Assembly: GCA_012295275.1 (NCBI GenBank)
Contig: CM022670.1
Coordinates: forward strand, 5,146,001-5,210,000
Length of the DNA: 64,000 bases
Direction: 5' to 3'
From: Chrysomallon squamiferum
Lineage: Eukaryota; Animalia; Mollusca
The notes under the pieces are model-generated. The model did no database searches. It was not told the origin of the DNA and saw only the letters and a list, made by a program, of their open reading frames with translations. A program made the position numbers and the translations under genes. This document shows positions 56,574-64,000 of this stretch, one piece after another. Within the stretch, counting starts at the first letter, position 1. Every line of letters begins with the position of its first letter.

Positions 56574-56709
56574 GAAAGAGGAGGATTCGAAGCTGTTAGT
56601 GCAGATAGAGTTGTTTGATGAACACAAGGCTAATGACGAGGAACAGTTGCCAGGGAAAGGTGTCGACCTTAGCAGTCCTGTTGACGTCTTTCATGCCATT
56701 TACAAACAG
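56574..56709 (+). CDS. INF2: Inverted formin coding exon 5 (KEEDSKLLVQIELFDEHKANDEEQLPGKGVDLSSPVDVFHAIYKQ)
   Basis: Acceptor gattgtttcag; donor CAG|gtaaga; 136 nt; phase 2 to 0. Has the L..Q...F.E....DEE and GVD.S....VF motifs of the FH3/DD region. Confidence 0.95.
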
Positions 56710-58523
56710 GTAAGAATCAGCTATTTATTTACTAGGTTACTTGCTAACGTACTTATGTACGTACGTATTTTACTGGTTTATTTATTTATTTCTTTACTTA
56801 CTTGTTAGTTTGTATTTATTTATTTATTTATTTTTATTTATTTATTTATTTATTTATTATTAGTGGTAGTAGTAGTAGTAGTAGTGTATCATCATCATTA
56901 TCATCAATACTGAATAACAGAAGATGTAGCGATAGGAGACAAATATGTAGTAGTGGTTGTTGTTGTTGTTGTAGTCGCCCATTTGATTCTACGCATATAT
57001 TTATACAAGACAGGCTTTCTTAATAGCTTTAGAGATATTAATAAATAAATAAAAACTGCACGATTCTGAAGAAAGGAGATGTACATCAAAAGATGACGGC
57101 GCGACAGTAGAGGAGTATAATGTCTACGTCATTGTGTCTAACAGTTTAGTATGCCATTATCATGCATGTAATAGAAGATGATATACCATCAACGTTATTG
57201 TAAACCATGTAATTCGACAACCTACAAAGTGTTTGTATTCATATCGTATCTTGCTGGTTTTGTTGTTGTTGTTTTTTTTAAACAATTATCTTATATCCTA
57301 CCGCTCTATAGCCATTTTCAGTTAGAAACACGACACCCTTTGCTTTTCTGTTCGGAAGAAATCAAGCAGCGATCATTGAAATCATAATTTTATTTAGTGC
57401 CATTATTATGTAAAAAAAGAGAGAAAAAATATAAGAAAAAATGTTGTCTGTGTAATTTATTAGGTTATTTTTTCTTGTGATATTCATGCAGCGTCCAAAT
57501 AGGTTTTTTTAAGAAAATGTTACAAGGGTTCACGATTTTTTTTTATTGCCGTCTGGATTTCTTTAGAATGCAGCCTCGGTTTGATAACTGTTGGCACGAT
57601 GCGCCCACTGGCACCAGTGTCGAGTTATTGTTCCAGTTACAGAGAACACAAATAACTCGCGTTTTTTCATGTACACGTATATCACGTTATAATTAAAAAA
57701 AAATGTTCAGGACTTTCAACTGCTGACACGTAAACACTAAACCACTGACGATGATTTAAATAGGCGAGATCGTTTTTAAATAGAGAAAGTATAATAAATG
57801 GATGTTTATTTAACCTACATCAGAAAATATGTATGTATGTGTGTGTTCCTGTGTGTACGTACGTATGTATTCTGTATGTGTATACATATGAACACATACA
57901 TATATACATACACATATACATAGATTCTATTAAATTCCATAATCATTTATATAGAAAAAAAAATAAAAAATAAAAAATTGAAAAGGCACCATTGTGAACC
58001 ACCTTAAGTGCATGACGTATAAAAATTTTGTTTTGTAAGGTCAACGTGATCTATTATATTTTATTATATATATATTTTTTCTGCTTTAAAATAAATAATA
58101 TTTTTTAAAAAAACAGAAAACAAGTTACATATATTTGTTGAAATAAATTAATTCGTTTGTTTGGCTGTCACTTAGACGGTAATTATCTCATATCTTTTCG
58201 TTGACTTCAGTTAAACTGAAATTGATTTAAACAATACGTGTTTCATCAACGAACAAACGTATGTAATCGTCATAAATATCTCCATCTTTAACACGCAAAC
58301 ATCGAAGGATTTGGCAGCTGGATAGATGTCTTACTCAAAGCCATTGTCTGTTGATACTTACTACTGTTTCATCTGCATCATTACATAACCTGTAGACACA
58401 AGATTAGATTAGAAACCAGCGACAAGCAATGAAATGCAAACATATAAAGACAGCAATGGTGGGAACAGTCTAAATAACGCAACTACCGCGAATACGTTTT
58501 GGCTTCAGAATCATGCACGGAAT

Positions 58524-58793
58524 GGGCTGTAGCTCGTGTTTTTAGAGTACAAGACTAGACTTCCAGAGACGTAGGATCAATCCTCGTTAGTGCCGTCATT
58601 TATCTATTTCGGTTCCAACCACTGTTCCAATACTCGATGTATATGTTTTCTTGTATACGAGAAGGTAAATATTAAAAGTTGCTTCCAAGCTAATAGCCTA
58701 TATCATGGCCGCAGCGGGTTTCCCCTCTTGCTACGTGTGGTCTTTAATGACAAGTGTAACGCCATTTTATTATTAAAAATGAAAAGTGTTTAG
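58524..58793 (+). mobile_element. Decayed tRNA-headed SINE-like element, most complete copy
   Basis: A-box-like GTAGCTCGTG..TAGAG, B-box-like GGATCAATCC, then CTATTTCGGTTCCAACC, GAAGGTAAATATTAAAAG and GCGGGTTTCCCCTC. These segments are shared with other copies in the window. Confidence 0.6.
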
Positions 58794-59965
58794 TACGTTT
58801 CATAATATAACAGTCTAAAGCAAAACAGTTTGATTTCAATTTTACAAATTAATTTTTTTTTTAAATAATAAATAATTTTTAAAAAGTTCTTACTAAGATT
58901 TATCTATTGCTGAAGGTTACAGAGTACATGACAGACAGATAAACACTTTAGCGAGAAATCGAGTACAACATTTTAGCTTGGGTTCTTTTTTATTATTATT
59001 ATTATTTTCGATTATTTCACATATCTCGCTGACACACAATCACATGCATTTTTTTATTGCCTTTTACTTACAAGCGGTTGTCAGAAAAATTGTTTCATAC
59101 GGTTTAGTTTTGGCTTCGTTGGATTTTTTATTTGTAACTTTTATGTCATTTTGTTATATTTTGCTATTCTTTCGACATAAAAATAAAGTAGAAGGTACTG
59201 GACAGAGATTACGTTAATGCATAAAATGATGTATTGCAAGAGAAGGCATATCGTTGACATATTGATAAATAGATAAAACAAAACGGACGTATTGAATTAT
59301 TACTATTTGTTATCTCAATAAAAATACTTAAATCTTTCTAATAAACTCGAATAAAGAAGAGTAAATACATAGATCGAATTACGATACAAAAGAATTATTT
59401 ATAGTTTTTTTTTTTAATTAATACAACTTAATATTCGACAGAGGCAAGTTTTAAAACAATAATTCTGTGTCGTGGATTGACTTTCTCATAAGTTCACCTG
59501 GTTTTTTTTGGCTAGATACTCTTCACTGGACCGAAACCACGTGAGTCACAACGTGTTCTGGTCCTTGGAAATGATTTCTCAGGAAAGTAGAATTTGAAAC
59601 GATCGAGCTTGATAAGAACTGTCGTAAAGAAAATGTCAGCGAACTGACCGTGTGAAATTCAGTGTTTCGTTTCAATGTTTTTCAGCGTTGTTTTGTTCCA
59701 GAAAAAAAGTAAAAAGTAAAACTAAACTAAAATAAAATAACAAAGATTAAAAACAGTGTAAAAACGAGATAGGATCAAATTCGCGTATTTGGTTTTCGTC
59801 ATGTTTTTATTTTTACTCTTACCCAGACTTCAGTGATGAATTAACCAGAGTCACGCACGTTTAAAAAAAGAAATCAGATTTAAGGTTTTAAGAAGATATC
59901 GTGTTGACATTTCACGAAGTACAGTTTATTTTTCATGACAGATTTATCTGGAAGTCGTGCTTCAG

Positions 59966-60007
<42 letters not shown>

Positions 60008-62019
60008 AATAAAAAAGCATCAATCTTTGTATACGTGTAATAACGTCATTTTTGTTTCATAGATTTGTTTATTAAAATTTACTATTAGGTCATTAATCTA
60101 TTCCTTTTTTTTTTCTCTTTTTTTTTTTGCAATTTATTTCCTTCTTTTTTACAAATAATTTTATTTTTATTGCTTTTATTTTGATTGGTTATATTTCTGT
60201 GGTACCATCAAAGAATTTTGTTGTTTTTTTGTTGTTGTTATTGTTGTTTTGGTTATTTGGGGTTTTTTTGTTTTTCTTTTAATTTCTTCAAAAAAAAAGA
60301 AAAGAAAGCTGAACACGATTGTATGAGCAGCGTTCAAATAAATTTGAGAAGGAAAGATAACTTTTTTCATTTTTTTTTTTTTTTTACCTGCACGAAGATA
60401 AACCATGAGTTTTGTTTAACAGTGAAATCGTCACGAAAACTCTTGTCTGGCGAATCTTTGCGAGTGTCATACTACCCGGGCTGTAATCTCTCTTTTCCTC
60501 CATTGTTCTCGTCGTTTACGTTGTGCAATGATTGGAAAATAAGTCTTATTTCATGACCTATTGAGCACAAAACATTTCATTTGTCAGGAAATTACTTACT
60601 CGCTTTTGTATCTTCACAGCACGGCAGAAACAGGCGTAATCAGTTAATAAGAACATATTACATTTAGTCTCTTTTTTTCTTTTTCTTTTTTTTTTTTCCT
60701 TCTCAATCCCATATCTTTTCGCATTCCTCCTACTTCATATTTTAACTTGTGGTTTGTGTAAAGGTTCGGGGTGGGGGGGGGAGGGGGCGACTGACAAGTT
60801 CCGCACCTGCGCACAGGATGATGATTAGAATTAATTAAGCTTGCTAACGAAAACGTTTTCATCGCGACACGACATCGCACGACGAAACACGTTGTCGCAT
60901 CGACACGGCAACTGCACAAACTGACAGCTTATTGTCGTGTCCCTGTGGAAGCCATTGTGAGTGCCGAGATTACGCAAGCGAATATACAGTGCTACTTCTT
61001 TCCTCGTCAGTTAAAAACGTCAACAAAATGCAAATTCATCCAGGCAGATAAGGTTCAGTTAAATACTTTGGGTGTGTCGTATATAGCTTCTTGTTACGGG
61101 ATTTTTCCTTTTCATAAATGACGAAGCCGGAGCCTTCGACAAAACGTACGAGTGTATTGTTTGTGATGTACGTCGTAATAAAAGAATACAAATCGGTGCA
61201 TGCACCACGCATGACATCAAAGGTGTCGTATTTACCCAGCACCTGTCCTCGACCGTAAGAATACCTTGTGCATTAGCAAGCTGCATTTATCTTCACTTGT
61301 TTCACATATAAAATAAAAAAAAATAAAAAAAAATAAAAAATTAAATTAGATACAACAAGATCTAGGAAACAGAATAAAATGAAACGAATATGGTAATAAA
61401 ATTCGAAATGTGAAGTTAAGTTTTGGTATCGTTTTCAGTATTAATTACGTTATTAATCAGACTGAGTGATATTTTGTGAAAGGCGGTTGAAAGAAAAGAA
61501 CGGAGAAAAAATGCAATTATTTTAGAAACAAACTGAAAGCTAAATGTAAATCTAAGACATTTTGTCTTTGTTGAAAGAAAATAAAAAAATAAAATGAAAA
61601 GAAAGAAAAATGTAAAAATATCGTGAGGTATAGCTTAAAATAAAAACCGATTTAATCATGAGAAAAAGGAATATTAGAAATATTAAGCTAATGTCAAAAA
61701 AATTATTATATTACAGATTAACATAAACATTTTCTAAAAAAGAAAAAAATGTTTCAGTGTCAGATTTAAAAAAAACAGTCGCATAATCGAAAGTGTTACT
61801 GACGAGGTGTTGAAAGGAAAGATATATTAAACATTATTTCTTTCTTTTCTTTCCTTTTTTTAAATTTTTCTTTTTAAATTATTTAAATTATTATTTTTAT
61901 ATAACAGGAATTGCCCTTCTATAGTATGCAGCAGGTACTTTATGTACCTTCCGCAGAAACAGGTCACATTAAAACCATTACCACTGAGAGGTTTCTGTAA
62001 TGTTATTTTGTTCTTGTAG

Positions 62020-62739
62020 GTTTCCGACACGCCTCAAGAGCTGAGGTTTCTAACTTGTCTCCAGCACATGTTGAAAATTGACGACACCGACGGCGTCGGC
62101 GACACAATATGGCAGACTGTCGAAGAACTCGTGTGCAAGGCGACGCTCCTGGAAAGCAAGATGGACGCCCAGAAGCTGCTGGCTATGTCAGCGCGCAAAC
62201 TGGAAAACGAGGCAGCCCGCTGTTGCTGCTCTTGTCACAAAGACGGGAGCTCCACCACTCTTCTCTCGAAACAGCGCAGCGGTAGAACGTCGGCTTCGAC
62301 AACGCCCGAAGGAGACAGATCAATTCTTGACGCCGTGTCAACTGTACCTCCTCCACCACCACCCGCAGCATCTCCAGCTCCCCCACCTCCACCACCACCC
62401 CCACCGGGCGGACCACCCCGCCCGCCGTCTCTACCAGGAATAGGTGGAGTTCCACCACCCCCACCTCCGCCGGGGGGGAAAGCCACTTCGCCCAGTCTGC
62501 CTCAGCAGAACGTTCCCAAGCCCAAGTCCAAGATGAGGACTTTTCAGTGGCAGAAAATCTCGAGCAATAAAGTGGCTGGGAAGTCGAATCTGTGGACTCT
62601 GGTTGGGAAACTGTTTGGTAGTTACAAAGTCGACTATCACAAAATGGACGAACTGTTCAGTGTGAATCAACCCAAACCTGACACAAATAACAGCGACGCG
62701 AATTCTGCTTTGGAGAAGAAAAAGAAAGAAAATGCAGAG
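62020..62739 (+). CDS. INF2: Inverted formin coding exon 6: dimerization domain, Cys cluster, FH1 polyproline region and FH2 N-terminus
   Basis: Acceptor ttttgttcttgtag; donor GAG|gtaaga; 720 nt = 240 codons; phase 0 to 0. FH1 has P6, P9 and P7 tracts, followed by PKPKSKMRTFQWQKI..NKV.GKSNLW and MDELF of the FH2 lasso. Track ORF 62068..62841 reads on into the intron. Confidence 0.97.
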
Positions 62740-63399
62740 GTAAGAACACTTTTTTTTTCTCTCTCTCTCTTTCTCTCTAATTCAAAAGTATTGCATTCCG
62801 TTCCTGAAATATATATCATTGGTGGCCATCAAATTCAGTGAAAAGATCTAGACAAAGATTTCCAGTTCAGAATGGGAAAAAAATGTACTTGATTTTCACA
62901 CACAACCCCCAAAACGCATTCTTTTCTGCATGACTTTGCGAAACGTCGTCTTTATCTATTTAATATTAGATAATCAAAAGCGTATTTTCATTGTCGTTGC
63001 CGTGGTTCGGGCTAAATTATAGTCTGTGTGAACGGGATGCTCTTCGTCATCGTCGTCTACGTCGTGTTTGACAAACTCTGTTGTTAAAAACTTCGTAAGG
63101 CTACACACTTGACTGAGCTTATGTAAGAAATGTCTGTTCGGCTTTCAGCAGCGAACAAAGAGAGCAGTGTGCAACCTGAAAAATATTCTGTATACTGTGT
63201 CATCCTCACAAAATAGACGCGGCCCTTTAAAGGTGCTCACAGTTCAGTGGAGGAAACTACTGAGATGCATTTTGTTTTGATACACCTTTTTTCTTTTTTT
63301 CTGTTGTAGTCTTTATATGTCTGTTGTTTATTGTTGTTTTTTGTTTGTTGTTGTATGGTCTTTGTTTGTTTTTTTCGTAAATTCTGTTTTTTTTTTTAT

Positions 63400-63409
63400 T
63401 ATTATATTA

Positions 63410-63462
<53 letters not shown>

Positions 63463-63508
63463 GTCAACAACATTAATTTTAGTTTTTCAATTCATTTTAT
63501 GTTTATTT

Positions 63509-63575
<67 letters not shown>
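63400..63575. repeat. (ATT)n and (CT)n microsatellites in intron 6
   Basis: Direct inspection. Confidence 0.93.
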
Positions 63576-63578
<3 letters not shown>

Positions 63579-64000
63579 TTATTTATTTATTTGTCCCTTG
63601 CACACATTTAACCTTTCTAATACAGTATTTACAATAATAATATGTTGTAAATACATTCGCCTTGTGCTGTGTGAAAAGTCAAGTAATCTGAATGGTGTTT
63701 TTCACAACGTGTAACTTCTGTAAACAGCGAGACCCGTGCATGTGTCAGGTACTAAGAATATCTGTGTACGATATTCATTTGTAAAAGCAAGATTTGAATA
63801 ATCCTCTTTCTATCAACATGTCTTTCTTTAACAACATGTACAGATATAGCATTTCTTTTTTTTTTTTTTTTAATGTCTTGTTGTGTCAAAAGACAGTCTT
63901 GTTGGATTTAAAGTAATCAATCTTGATTTGTGAACCGTATTTTGACGATCTTTTGCCCTTACTTTTTAAAACGGTGCTTTCTGAACGTAGAAAAAATTGA

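Noticed and set aside
58524-58600. tRNA gene
   Set aside because: The A/B-box-like motifs are degenerate, I could not fold a cloverleaf, and the sequence continues into the shared repeat body, so it is better explained as a SINE head.
62078-62670. Overlapping alternative-frame and antisense ORFs (Gly-rich, His-rich)
   Set aside because: These are expected shadows of the GC-rich FH1 polyproline coding sequence.
62740-64000. Next FH2 exon (expected LLD.KRS.N..IFL motif)
   Set aside because: Not found in the remaining 1.26 kb; it presumably lies beyond the window.

Overview
This is AT-rich animal genomic DNA, dense in microsatellites. A mollusc is likely, but that is inferred only from the look of the repeats. 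The window holds the 5' part of one plus-strand, multi-exon gene for an inverted-formin (INF2/FHDC1/Drosophila form3-type) actin nucleator. I assembled six coding exons by hand: 17194-17260, 24291-24406, 50616-50775, 55437-55470, 56574-56709 and 62020-62739. All have GT-AG boundaries with compatible phases and give 1233 nt (411 aa) with no stop. They encode an N-terminally truncated DID/FH3 region, a dimerization region, a Cys cluster, FH1 and the start of FH2; the gene runs past the window end. The rest is intron or upstream DNA with decayed copies of a tRNA-headed SINE-like repeat, minisatellites and simple repeats. Nearly all ORFs in the supplied track are microsatellite artefacts. I found no convincing new multi-gene system. 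The best leads are: the protein starts at an internal DID Met, candidate alternative first exons, recursive-splice or poison-exon signals, and clustered regulatory motifs (7 perfect CREs, a perfect DR5, three copies of TGTTTACGACA, two CLEAR-type E-boxes).
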